A stretch of DNA of 24,005 bases, taken from positions 1 to 24,005 of the IMG/VR virus record IMGVR_UViG_3300038988_000484, one strand, 5' to 3'. The notes below the pieces were generated by a model, which saw only the letters and a list, made by a program, of their open reading frames with translations, did no database searches and was not told the origin of the DNA. Both the position numbers and the translations under genes were made by a program. Shown one piece after another: positions 1 to 8,928 of this stretch. The DNA comes from a virus. Taxonomy: Duplodnaviria; Caudoviricetes. Numbering within the stretch: position 1 is the first letter of the stretch; each line of letters begins with the position of its first letter.

Positions 1-2090
1 GGGGTCAGGACATAGGCGGGCGGCTGCACGCGGGGGCGGTGGGCCCAGGCCAGCGCCAGCGCGCCGGTGATTGCCTCGGGCCAGGCCTGGCCGTTGATCC
101 GGATCTTGCCCGGCGGATAGGGCCGGGCAAAGCGGCCCGCCAGGACCACGGACAGTTCGGGCGCGTCCTCCAGGTCCAGGGTGGCCGTGGCGGTCTGGGT
201 CAGGAGCTTGGCCGCGATTTCCTCGCCCGCGGCGTACTCCTCGCGCGGCAGGGTCGGGGCCGTGTCGAAGAAGCCCCGCTCCCCGGCGCTGTGCGGCGCG
301 GGCACGGTGTCCAGCACGCCCCGGGCCACGGTGAGGGTGTAGCCCTCCACCTCCTGGACCAGGAGGATCTCCGGCCCCAGGAAGAGCAGGCGGCCGGGCC
401 GGACCTCGGCAAAGCCCGAGGTCTCCGCCAGGACCAGGGACGTGGCCTGTTCGTTGACGGCCTCGGCCAGCACTCCGGCCGCGCACCAGATCCCGGTCAC
501 GGCCTTGTCCTGGTCATAGCCCGATCCCAGGTCGAAGACCGCGCTGTAGCTGCCGGAGCCGGACTGCGGGGCCTGGGCCAGGATGAGCAGGGCCGCGGAG
601 TCCTCGTCGAACTCGTTGAGCAGGAACTGGTACTCGCCGGTGAGGTGCTTGATGACGTGCCAGTAGGGGGCCTCGTCCAGCCGGGCGTGTTCGGCCGGGA
701 TCGGGGGCACGGCCGCGGGATCGGCCCAGGGCACGGGAACGGGCGCGGCCACGCCGGAGATGACCGGCTCGGCAAACACGTCCTGGGCGCAGGTGAGCCG
801 GATCGTGCCGTCGGTGAGCGCGCCGTGGCTCACCTTCATGACGCGCAGGACCATGGACTGGATGCCGTATTCCGGCCACTGCCAGAGGAACACGTCCCCG
901 GGCTTGAGGTCCCGGGCGGCGCTGGTGGCCACCAGGGTGGCCTGGCACAGGGACCCGGTGCGCTGGGCCAGCTCCCGGTCGGCCACCCGCTGGGCCAGCT
1001 CCGCGTGGCGGATGCCGGGCATCTTCAGGGTCTCGGAGACCACGGAGCCCTGCATGTTGATGGCGGCCTGGTCCCGGGCGTAGACCGTGCGCTCGCAGTT
1101 CAGGTCGTCGGTCCAGACCACTTTGACCTCGTTGGTGATCTCGCCCCAGCCCGGCCGGAAGTACTGCTCCACGCTGATGATCTGGTCCGGCCCCAGGACC
1201 GTGAGCCCGGCCGGGTCGTAGTCGTTGCGCAGAAGCTTCAGGCCCACCCGGCCTTCTGCCGGGATCTCGTAGAGCGTGCCGTCGATGTGCTCGAGCACGG
1301 TCTGGATGAAGTCCTCGATGCTCGTCTCCGCGTCCCAGACCAGGGAGAGCCCCAGTTTTTCCTCGGACAGTCTGGTTGCCGCGGCCGCGAAGCTCGGGAC
1401 GTCCACGGCCGAGGCCGGCAGGCCCCGGCCCCAGCGGGCGTTGGTCAGGCACTCGTAGATGATGTGGGCCGGGTTCATGTCGAAGTCCAGGGCCCCGGCG
1501 GCCATGCCCTCGTAGGGCACGGCCGAGTCCCCGATGACGTGCCAGTTCTCGTCGTAGTCCCCGAAGTACCAGCCGGGAGCGGCGCGCATGGCCCGGACGC
1601 CCAGGGCGCGCATGTAGGGGTTGTTGCCCCAGTAAGTCTGCCGGAAGACCAGGGAGGCCACGCCCCGGGCCGCGCTGACCAGGGAGGAGACCTTGGCGTA
1701 GAGGTAGGGGGGCCGGGGCTGGGAGGGGCGGCCGCTCAGGAAGTCCACCCGGCCAGAGACCCCGCCCTCGTTGCTGGAGAACAGGCTGGGGCTGTTCAGG
1801 GGGATCAGGCCCGGCACCGAGGCCGGGCCGCCGATCACCTCCCAGTCGTCGGAAAAGTCGATGTCTCCTGAGGGCGGAACCCCGCCCTGGTCGATGTCGA
1901 TGACCGGGCCGCCCAGGACCTCCTGGCCGGTCCAGCCTTCGCGGACCACGCCCTCCCAGCCGTACTTGTCGCCGAAGCGCAGGCCCAGGACGGCCTCCAC
2001 CTCGTGGGCGATGACCACGTGCAGGCCCCAGTAGTATTTGTAGCCCACCACCGCGCTGCTGCTTCCGCCGCCCTTGCCTCCGCCGCTCAT
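1..2090 (-). CDS. Central tail-tip / host-specificity protein (Phage-tail_3, gpJ-like); 3' end runs off the window
   Basis: Not in the ORF track. My translation from ATG at 2090 gives MSGGGKGGGSSSAVVGYKYYWGLH...GNNPYM...DMNPAHIIYECLTNARWGRG...LKPGDVFLWQWPEYGI...RGVLDTVPAPH...RPYPPG, open to the edge. These motifs are typical of tail-tip proteins that follow BR0599-type hubs. Confidence 0.88.
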   Translation of the reverse strand, partial: MSGGGKGGGSSSAVVGYKYYWGLHVVIAHEVEAVLGLRFGDKYGWEGVVREGWTGQEVLGGPVIDIDQGGVPPSGDIDFSDDWEVIGGPASVPGLIPLNSPSLFSSNEGGVSGRVDFLSGRPSQPRPPYLYAKVSSLVSAARGVASLVFRQTYWGNNPYMRALGVRAMRAAPGWYFGDYDENWHVIGDSAVPYEGMAAGALDFDMNPAHIIYECLTNARWGRGLPASAVDVPSFAAAATRLSEEKLGLSLVWDAETSIEDFIQTVLEHIDGTLYEIPAEGRVGLKLLRNDYDPAGLTVLGPDQIISVEQYFRPGWGEITNEVKVVWTDDLNCERTVYARDQAAINMQGSVVSETLKMPGIRHAELAQRVADRELAQRTGSLCQATLVATSAARDLKPGDVFLWQWPEYGIQSMVLRVMKVSHGALTDGTIRLTCAQDVFAEPVISGVAAPVPVPWADPAAVPPIPAEHARLDEAPYWHVIKHLTGEYQFLLNEFDEDSAALLILAQAPQSGSGSYSAVFDLGSGYDQDKAVTGIWCAAGVLAEAVNEQATSLVLAETSGFAEVRPGRLLFLGPEILLVQEVEGYTLTVARGVLDTVPAPHSAGERGFFDTAPTLPREEYAAGEEIAAKLLTQTATATLDLEDAPELSVVLAGRFARPYPPGKIRINGQAWPEAITGALALAWAHRPRVQPPAYVLT

Positions 2091-2290
2091 GATTCTTCAG
2101 CCTCCTTGCGGGCCAGGGCCGCGGCCTTGAGGGCCATGGCGTCGCCCGTGGCCTCCACCTGCTCCGCGGGCGTGCCCTCGCGCAGGCAGGCCTTCCAGTC
2201 CAGGCCGTGGGCCGCGTAGAAGGCGCGGCAGCCCTTGAGGCAGAAGCCCAGGGCGCGCATGTGCCGGACCTGGACCCGCACGCCGCTCAT
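2087..2290 (-). CDS. Small conserved tail-tip assembly protein (67 aa)
   Basis: C-terminal part of track ORF 2087..3310. ATG at 2290 overlaps the upstream stop. Sequence MSGVRVQVRHMRALGFCLKGCRAFYAAHGLDW...EATGDAMALKAA is typical of this tail module. Confidence 0.8.
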   Translation of the reverse strand: MSGVRVQVRHMRALGFCLKGCRAFYAAHGLDWKACLREGTPAEQVEATGDAMALKAAALARKEAEES

Positions 2291-2532
2291 TTCTTGCCGC
2301 CTCCCTTGGACTTGATGGCCACGGTGCGCAAATCCCCCCACCAGACCCCGTTGGGGTTCTCGATGAGCCGCGTGCCGAAGAGCACCGGGACGGGCCGGCC
2401 TTCGGTGGCCGTGGGCACGCCGATGTCCTCCATGGCGGCGGGCTTGGCCGCCGCCTCGGACTTCGGCGAGGAGCGCAGGAACGAGCCCAGAACCGCCACG
2501 GCCACCCAGGCCGCCAGCCACCAGAATCCCAT
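2287..2532 (-). CDS. Small tail-tip assembly protein with hydrophobic N-terminus (81 aa)
   Basis: PTATEGRPVPVLFGT...WWGDL...KGGGKK motif; position between hub and tail-tip protein. Confidence 0.82.
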   Translation of the reverse strand: MGFWWLAAWVAVAVLGSFLRSSPKSEAAAKPAAMEDIGVPTATEGRPVPVLFGTRLIENPNGVWWGDLRTVAIKSKGGGKK

Positions 2533-2544
2533 GGCCTGTCCCTC

Positions 2545-4548
2545 CTAGTAGATGGTTTCGCCCGACATGGGGTTTTTCCAGGGGATGAACGGCCAGCCCC
2601 CGAAATTGGCGATGTTGCCCCGGCTGTTGCAGGTCTCCTTGGTCTTGTCGCAGCCCGCGCGCACCGAGATCCGGGAGCCGGGGGCCAGGGAGGGCAGGGC
2701 CCGGCGCAGGGTGAGGGTGTCGCCCGCGTGGGCGAGGATCTCCCTGGCCCCGGCCTCGGACACCAGAAGCCCGCTGTCGAAGAAGCCGTCGGCCGTGGCC
2801 GAGAGCCCGGGAGCGGTCCCGGACGCGCCGGCCACGGCCGAGACCACGGCGTCCAGCGCCCAGACGCTGCCGTTCTTCCAGAGGGTGCGGGGCCGCGGCT
2901 CGTCGGAGCGGACCAGGCGTCCCCTGCGGAAGAGCCGGAACCCGGACAGGCGGACGAGGCCGTCCAGGCCCAAAAGCGACCACCAGCGGTGCGCGCCGAA
3001 GTCGCGGCAGGCCGGAAAGCCGCCCATGCCCGAGAGGTTCTCGAAGGCCGCGTCGGTCAGGGACCATTCCTCTCCGTCGTCGGAGAACTGGAGCTGGAGA
3101 CGGCCGGAGGAGAGGCCCTCGGGCAGGCCCTTGGCGTCGAACCAGGCCGCGGCCACGTTCACGGCCTGGCCCAGGTCCAGGATGAGGCGGCAGGCCTCGC
3201 CGGTGATCTCGCCGTAGGTCCCGCTGTCGTTGTCCAGGATGTTGGCCGGGGGATGCGTTTCCGAGGGCGTGCCGGTCCAGCTCAGGGCTGCTCCCTCGAT
3301 GGGCGAGCATTTGCAGTCCTCGGGCTCGGACCGCCGGAAGAAGCGCAGGCCGCAGAGCCCGAATGGGTCCGGGCTGGCCACGGCCCAGCGCCTGTGGGAC
3401 CCGCTCCCTGCGGCGGGCCGCAGGAGCTTCCAGCCGAAGGGATGGGCCTGGACCTGCTGCCAGTCTCCCTGGGGGCCGTGCTCCACGCCATCCCCCTCCA
3501 GCCCGGCTGTGGTCCAGGTCTCCCCGTCGTCGGAATGCTGCACCAGGAGCGGCACGCGCTCGTCCGCGCCGTCCCGCCAGAGCAGGGCAGCCACCATGCC
3601 CACGTCCACGGGCTCGGGGTGCTCGACTCCCGCGCGGTACAAGCCCCCCGAGGTTTCGATGCTTGTATAGTCCTCCAGGGCCGGGAGCCCGGCCGGATCG
3701 TCCCAGGCCGCCTCCTCGGGGTCGGTCTGGACGTAGTGGGCCACGCCGTCCGAGCCCTGGGTTCCGTCAATGGAGGTGTAGATCTCCTCGTAGTCCGGGC
3801 ACTCCCAGTATTCGTAGGACTCCAGGGAGTAGGACAGATCCCCGGTCTCCAGATCCCTTTCCAGATACTCGTAGATCTCGAAGGTGTGGACGCAGCCGCC
3901 CTGGTCTTCCTCGTAGAATTGTTCCTTGTATCGGCTGGTCCAGTCGCCGCCCCCAGGTTCGATGACCTCACCGTAGGTGGCCGGGTCCTGGTCCCAGATG
4001 TTCTCCGGCGGATGCTCCTGGCTGGCCGCGCCGGTGTGGAAGTACAGGCCCGGGTCGAAGACGTGGGCCGCGCCCACGGCATACGCCCGGGGGGGCGCGG
4101 AATAGGTGCCGGTGTAATCCGGGGGCCGCCCGCGCCGGCCGCCGACGGCGTGGGGCCAGGAGGGGGGGAACATGCGGCGCAGGCCCGGGGCCTTGATGGT
4201 GGTGAACACCGGCTCGCAGGTGAGCGTGGCCGTGACGCCCGCGGACTCGCAGCCCAGGACCCGGCCCTGCCAGACCACGCTCGTGCTGCCGTTCTCCAAC
4301 CGCATGATCCTGAGCCGCAGCACGCCGTCCGGGGTGCCGGTGGCGAAGAGCGCGGCCGGGCCCAGGCCCACCGGGCAGGTGACCTTGTGCTCGGTGCGCG
4401 AGGCGTCGCCGGAGCGCTCCACCACGCCGCGGGACAGGCCCGGCAGGGGCGCGAACATGTGGCCGTCCGCCACGTAGCCCACGTCCGCGGAGGTGTAGCG
4501 CCAGACCGCGGAATAGAGGCTGAACTCGTAGAGCTCCACAGCGCTCAT
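2545..4548 (-). CDS. Baseplate hub protein (DUF2163 / phage BR0599 type) with a large central insertion of two discoidin (F5/8C, CBM32)-like domains (667 aa)
   Basis: Start moved to ATG 4548 (MSAVELYEF...WRYTSAD), which overlaps the Dit stop. C-terminus GCDKTKETC...NFGGWPFIPWKNP is the BR0599 signature. The insert has two HPPxNIxDxDxxTYGE...SDDGExW...HRxW...RxFRR units. Confidence 0.85.
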   Translation of the reverse strand: MSAVELYEFSLYSAVWRYTSADVGYVADGHMFAPLPGLSRGVVERSGDASRTEHKVTCPVGLGPAALFATGTPDGVLRLRIMRLENGSTSVVWQGRVLGCESAGVTATLTCEPVFTTIKAPGLRRMFPPSWPHAVGGRRGRPPDYTGTYSAPPRAYAVGAAHVFDPGLYFHTGAASQEHPPENIWDQDPATYGEVIEPGGGDWTSRYKEQFYEEDQGGCVHTFEIYEYLERDLETGDLSYSLESYEYWECPDYEEIYTSIDGTQGSDGVAHYVQTDPEEAAWDDPAGLPALEDYTSIETSGGLYRAGVEHPEPVDVGMVAALLWRDGADERVPLLVQHSDDGETWTTAGLEGDGVEHGPQGDWQQVQAHPFGWKLLRPAAGSGSHRRWAVASPDPFGLCGLRFFRRSEPEDCKCSPIEGAALSWTGTPSETHPPANILDNDSGTYGEITGEACRLILDLGQAVNVAAAWFDAKGLPEGLSSGRLQLQFSDDGEEWSLTDAAFENLSGMGGFPACRDFGAHRWWSLLGLDGLVRLSGFRLFRRGRLVRSDEPRPRTLWKNGSVWALDAVVSAVAGASGTAPGLSATADGFFDSGLLVSEAGAREILAHAGDTLTLRRALPSLAPGSRISVRAGCDKTKETCNSRGNIANFGGWPFIPWKNPMSGETIY

Positions 4549-5699
4549 CGCCGGATCTCCCTGGCTTTGACCTCCACAATGCAGGAGCCCGCGCGCTCCC
4601 AGGATATCTCCACCCGGTCCGCGTCCAGCCGGGCCAGGCACAGCCAGGAGAGGCGCACGGTTCCGGCGGTGAGCGCGGGCAGGGCCTCGGCCACGGTGAT
4701 GTCCTCGAAGCCTCCGGACACGGCCCCGGCGCTGACCACCTCGCGGAAAATGACGCCGCCGTCCGGCAGGCGCAGGGCCAGGGCCCGGCGCGCCGGAGAG
4801 ACCAGGGCCTGGACGCTGGACGCGGCCTGGCAGCGCAGGACCAGGCCGCCCTCGCCCAGGTCCTGGGCCAGGACCAGGTCCTGCCGGGCCGTGGGCAGCC
4901 AGAAGGGGGTCAGGCGTCCGGCGCAGCGGTGCAGGAATCGGCGCAGGGCAACGGCCTCGGCCTTGTTCCTGGCCCGCAGGCGCAGGGCCGCGGTGGAGGC
5001 CGTGGACTCGGAATAAACCACCCGGTGCACCCGGCCCGTGGCGTTGTCCAGGTCCTCGGCCGCGCGCGAGCCTTCGCGCTCCAGGCCGTCCGGCCCGCAC
5101 CAGAGGGCTTGCGGCCAGATCTCGAAGCCCTGCCAGAGCATGTCCGCCGTGCCCGGATCAGGGGTTTCCGGCGCGTCCGCCGTGAAGACCGCCCGGCCCA
5201 GGGAGCGGCCCGTGGGCAGGTCCTGGCGCGTGAAGGACAGGGCCATGCGGCAGGAGAGCAGGGGCGCGACCCAGGCCCGGGCATAGGCCCCGGACAGGGG
5301 CGCGGCCAGGGTCAGGCCGCCTTCGGCCACGGCGGCCAGGGGCACCACCTCCCAGGCCTCGGCGTTCTGGATGACCAGGGCCTGGCCCGGGGCTGCGAAG
5401 CCCGCGCCTTCGGTGTCCAGGGCCAGCTCAACGGTTCCGGCGGCCAGGGTCCCGGCCGGGCGCTGGCCCGGCCACCAGGGCACCAGGCATTCCTGGTCCT
5501 GGGAGGTGTAGGACAGGGCCTCGAAGCGGCCCTGCCCGGCCGGGGTGCGCAGGTTGTAGTCCATCTCCAGGGTCAGGCGCGGGCCGGAGCGCAGGGACAG
5601 CCGCGACTCGACCCCGGAGCGGGCGGTCTGCACGTCGGTGAGCCATTCCAGGGCTTCGAGCAGGGGGGATTCGGGCCAGAAGGGCCAGACCGCGGCCAT
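4545..5699 (-). CDS. Distal tail (Dit)-like minor tail protein (384 aa)
   Basis: Immediately follows the tape measure. Motifs LEWLTDV...SGVESRLSLR, GRLTPFWLP and RLDADRVEI are typical of this tail module. Confidence 0.75.
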   Translation of the reverse strand: MAAVWPFWPESPLLEALEWLTDVQTARSGVESRLSLRSGPRLTLEMDYNLRTPAGQGRFEALSYTSQDQECLVPWWPGQRPAGTLAAGTVELALDTEGAGFAAPGQALVIQNAEAWEVVPLAAVAEGGLTLAAPLSGAYARAWVAPLLSCRMALSFTRQDLPTGRSLGRAVFTADAPETPDPGTADMLWQGFEIWPQALWCGPDGLEREGSRAAEDLDNATGRVHRVVYSESTASTAALRLRARNKAEAVALRRFLHRCAGRLTPFWLPTARQDLVLAQDLGEGGLVLRCQAASSVQALVSPARRALALRLPDGGVIFREVVSAGAVSGGFEDITVAEALPALTAGTVRLSWLCLARLDADRVEISWERAGSCIVEVKAREIRR

Positions 5700-5700
5700 G

Positions 5701-8574
5701 CTATTTCCTCAGCACGTCGGGGTTGCGGCGGATGGTGTTCAGGATGACCTTTTCGCCTTCGGAGCTGGACAGGTAATTGGCCACAACCGAGGGGTCCAGG
5801 GTGTTGATGATGCGGGTGCCGCCCATGCGCGAGACCGCGGACGTGAGCCGGCCCAGGGCCTGGAGCAGGGCCTTGTCCGCGCCGCCCCCCTCGGCCTGGA
5901 TCCCGAGCTTGCCGGAGCGGGTCCGGGTGATGGGGAACACGCCCTCGATCCCGGCCTCGCCGGCCAGGCCGCCCTGGGCAAAGGCCGTGACGTGGCGCTG
6001 GAACCCGAAGACCGTGGGCCGGGTGAGCAGCGTGCCGGACAGGCTGGACAGCGCCGGGGCCTGGAACACGTTGCCCTGGGCCGAGGGCAAAAGCGAGGCG
6101 ATCCAGGAGACCATCCCGCCGGACTCGGACGCCCCCTTGCCCGACATCCAGGAGGCCAGGGGGCCGAGCAGGTTCATCTGGGTGAGCTGGCCGAACAGGC
6201 TCCGGGCCGCGGAACTGAGCGTGTTCATGCCCACCTCGCCCTCGAACACGAACTCGGTGAGCGCGGTGTTGGCGGTCTCAAAGGCCGTGCCAAGGGCGGT
6301 CTCCACCTGTTTGGCCGAATCGGAGGCCGAGTCCGCGTAGTCGCGCAGGAAGCGGGTCATGCCGTCGGCCGCGTCCCGGGACACGTTGAGCCGCTCCTGG
6401 GCCGCCCAGACCTCCACGGCCACGGAATCGGCGCCGGCGCGCCTGTAGGCCCCGGCCTGCCTGTCGATCTGCTCCAGCTTGCTGGCGGTCTCGCCCAGGA
6501 CCACGGCGCGGTACTTCTCGGCAAACTCGGTCTGGAGCTCCAGGTTCTCCTCGCTGGTCTTGCGGAGCATGTCCCGGTCCAGCTCACGCCGCCGCTTGCG
6601 GGCCGCGAACACGCCGTCCGGGTCATAGGCCGAGGTCTGCTCGGGCTTGAGCCAAAGGCCCTCCTGCATCCACTTCTGGTGCGCCGCCTCCTTCTCCAGG
6701 CGGATGAGCTCGCGCAGGGCCGGGTTGGCCGCGCCCACCTTTTGGGCCAGGTCCGCGTACTTGTTCTCGACCTTCACGGCCTCCAGCTCGGACTCCGAGG
6801 CGGTCAGCTCCCGGGTGCGGGCCGCGATGCCGGCCATGGCCTCGGCATACTCGCGGGCGTCCTTGCCGGCCTTCTGGTCGATGGTCTCCAGCTTGCCCGC
6901 GCGGGTGGCGTCCAGGTCGGCCTTGAGCCGGGCGAACTCCTCCGCGGATATGCCTCCGGCCTCGCGGGCCTTGGTCAGGGTCTCCAGCACGGCCTGGTAG
7001 TCCTGCTCCACCTCGGCGCGCAGGTTCTTGGCCAGGCTCTTGGTGTACTCCGAGGCCTGGGACAGGGCGCTCTGGCGCACCTGCAAGGTTCTGTTGAACT
7101 CCCGCATGACCTCCAGGCTGGCGGTGGCGTCCGCGCCAACCAGCTTTTGCGAGTCCGCCACCACGGGCAGGCGGATGGAGGCGGAATTCAGGCTGCGCGC
7201 GCGCACGAACCGCTCCAGCGCCGAGACATCGCCGGAATTCTGGCCCGAGTTCCGGCCCAGCCTGGTCAGGTAGCCGGCGAGGCCGATGACGCCGCCCGCT
7301 CCGGTCATCTGGGTCAGGAGCCAGTCCGGGACGCCGCCCGCCTCTTTGCCGTTCTGGCCGCGCAGATCGGAGATGCGCGCCTTGATGGTTTCAAGAGCTG
7401 AAAGGGTGCCCTGCAGGATCACGTTGATGCCGCGTAACGCCGAGGCCGCATCCTGGGTGTTCACGAAGCCGGCCTTGAGGTCCATCCAGGCCGTGCTCAC
7501 GCGGTTCATTTCGGCCTGGAGGCCGCGGGCGGCGGTGGCCGCGGTTCCGCCGTATTCGCTGTGGATGAGCCGGGCGGTCCTGAGCACGGCATCCAGGCCC
7601 ACCTCGCCGCGCTGGAGCATCCTGTCCAGCTCCCGGGTGGTCACGCCGATGGCCTTGGCCATGAGCTGGAACGTGCCGGGCAGGCGCTCGGCGAGCTGGG
7701 TCCTGAGCTCCTCGGCGCTCACCTTGCCCTTGGAGAGCATCTGGCCCAGGGCCAGGAACACGCCGTTCATGTCCTGGCTGGAGAGCTTGAGGGCCGTGCC
7801 CATCTCCGAGAAGGCGCTGAAGATCTCCCCGGCCTGGTCCTCGATCTCCGTGCCCTGGGCCGAGGCAAAGAATTTCTTGGCCGTCTCGGCCGTGTCGTAG
7901 AAGGACAGGCCCAGGCGTTCGGACTCGCCGCGCAGGAAGGCCAGGCGCTCACGGGCCCGGTCCGCGCCGCCCTCGATGGCCGCGAAGGCCACCTCGATGT
8001 TCTCCTTGCGCAGGGCGGCCTGGACCACGGAGCGCACCGCGCTGCCGATCATCTGGGCGCTCAAGGTCACGCCCAGGGCCGCCAGACCGGCCTTGCCCCA
8101 GCCCAGGGCCTGCGCGCCCACGCCCGGGCCCTGGGCGGACAGGAACCTGGCCAGGGCCGCCTGGCTCACGTTCATCTGCGCGGCCAGGGCCTTCATCTCG
8201 ACATTGGTGAGTCCGGCGGCCCGCTGGATGTTGCGCAGGGCCTGGGCCTGGCGCTCCGCGGCCTGGGTCTGGAGGAAGCGCTGGTTCAGGGCCGCGAACT
8301 GGGCCTGGTTCAGGCCCAGGACGCGCGCCAGCTCGCCGGACTGCGTGGTCCAGTTGCGCAGGGCCAGGGAGCTGCGGCTCTGGCCCTCCTGGAGCGCGGC
8401 CAGGTCCCGGACCATGGAGTTGGCCGCGGTCTTGAAGCGCTTGTCCAGGCCGGCCAGGGTCTGGTCCGCGTTCTGGAACCCGCGCATGAGGGACTGGGTG
8501 TTGTAGCCGATCTGCCCGAAGACCTTGGAGGCTTCGTCCTTGGCGGTGACGATGATCCTGGTTTCAGCGGCCAT
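5701..8574 (-). CDS. Tail tape measure protein (957 aa)
   Basis: Long Ala-rich helical protein. Tape-measure motif ALGQMLSKGKVSAEELRTQLAERLPG, lambda-type C-terminal block (DYADSASDSAKQVE; AQGNVF...GLAGEAG), located after the tail chaperones. Confidence 0.95.
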   Translation of the reverse strand: MAAETRIIVTAKDEASKVFGQIGYNTQSLMRGFQNADQTLAGLDKRFKTAANSMVRDLAALQEGQSRSSLALRNWTTQSGELARVLGLNQAQFAALNQRFLQTQAAERQAQALRNIQRAAGLTNVEMKALAAQMNVSQAALARFLSAQGPGVGAQALGWGKAGLAALGVTLSAQMIGSAVRSVVQAALRKENIEVAFAAIEGGADRARERLAFLRGESERLGLSFYDTAETAKKFFASAQGTEIEDQAGEIFSAFSEMGTALKLSSQDMNGVFLALGQMLSKGKVSAEELRTQLAERLPGTFQLMAKAIGVTTRELDRMLQRGEVGLDAVLRTARLIHSEYGGTAATAARGLQAEMNRVSTAWMDLKAGFVNTQDAASALRGINVILQGTLSALETIKARISDLRGQNGKEAGGVPDWLLTQMTGAGGVIGLAGYLTRLGRNSGQNSGDVSALERFVRARSLNSASIRLPVVADSQKLVGADATASLEVMREFNRTLQVRQSALSQASEYTKSLAKNLRAEVEQDYQAVLETLTKAREAGGISAEEFARLKADLDATRAGKLETIDQKAGKDAREYAEAMAGIAARTRELTASESELEAVKVENKYADLAQKVGAANPALRELIRLEKEAAHQKWMQEGLWLKPEQTSAYDPDGVFAARKRRRELDRDMLRKTSEENLELQTEFAEKYRAVVLGETASKLEQIDRQAGAYRRAGADSVAVEVWAAQERLNVSRDAADGMTRFLRDYADSASDSAKQVETALGTAFETANTALTEFVFEGEVGMNTLSSAARSLFGQLTQMNLLGPLASWMSGKGASESGGMVSWIASLLPSAQGNVFQAPALSSLSGTLLTRPTVFGFQRHVTAFAQGGLAGEAGIEGVFPITRTRSGKLGIQAEGGGADKALLQALGRLTSAVSRMGGTRIINTLDPSVVANYLSSSEGEKVILNTIRRNPDVLRK

Positions 8575-8577
8575 GCC

Positions 8578-8928
8578 TCAATCCTTGGGTTTTCCGTTCA
8601 CGCGGGCCAGCTCGAAACGCTCCAGGGCCTGGAGCTTGTCGAAGCAGTGCGGGTCCAGGTCCACGGGCGGCCGCAGCAGCCCGGCCACCAGGCCCAGGGC
8701 CGTGTAGTCCAGGCCGATGAGGCCGAATCCCGAGGATCTCCACTGCGTCTGCGCGGCCAGCCAGAGCCGCATGGCGTCCCGGTTTTCCGGTTTCAGGTCC
8801 GGGCCCTTGGCGTGGGAGCATTCCGCGCAGGGGGGCGGGTCCTCCGGAGCGCGGCCGGACCTGCACGTCCTGCAGTAGTCCAGCCGCTGGGAATTGGTCC
8901 GCCAGGCCCAGACCTCTAGGAGTTTTTT
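8578..8928 (-). CDS. Tail assembly chaperone frameshift extension (gpT-like, DUF1799-like), probably expressed as a gpGT fusion
   Basis: -1 frame relative to 8916..9191: KKLLEVWAW...CRTC...CAEC...TQWRSSGFGLIGLDY...LQALE. It begins at a slippery run and ends 3 nt before the tape-measure ATG. Confidence 0.8.
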   Translation of the reverse strand, partial: KKLLEVWAWRTNSQRLDYCRTCRSGRAPEDPPPCAECSHAKGPDLKPENRDAMRLWLAAQTQWRSSGFGLIGLDYTALGLVAGLLRPPVDLDPHCFDKLQALERFELARVNGKPKD

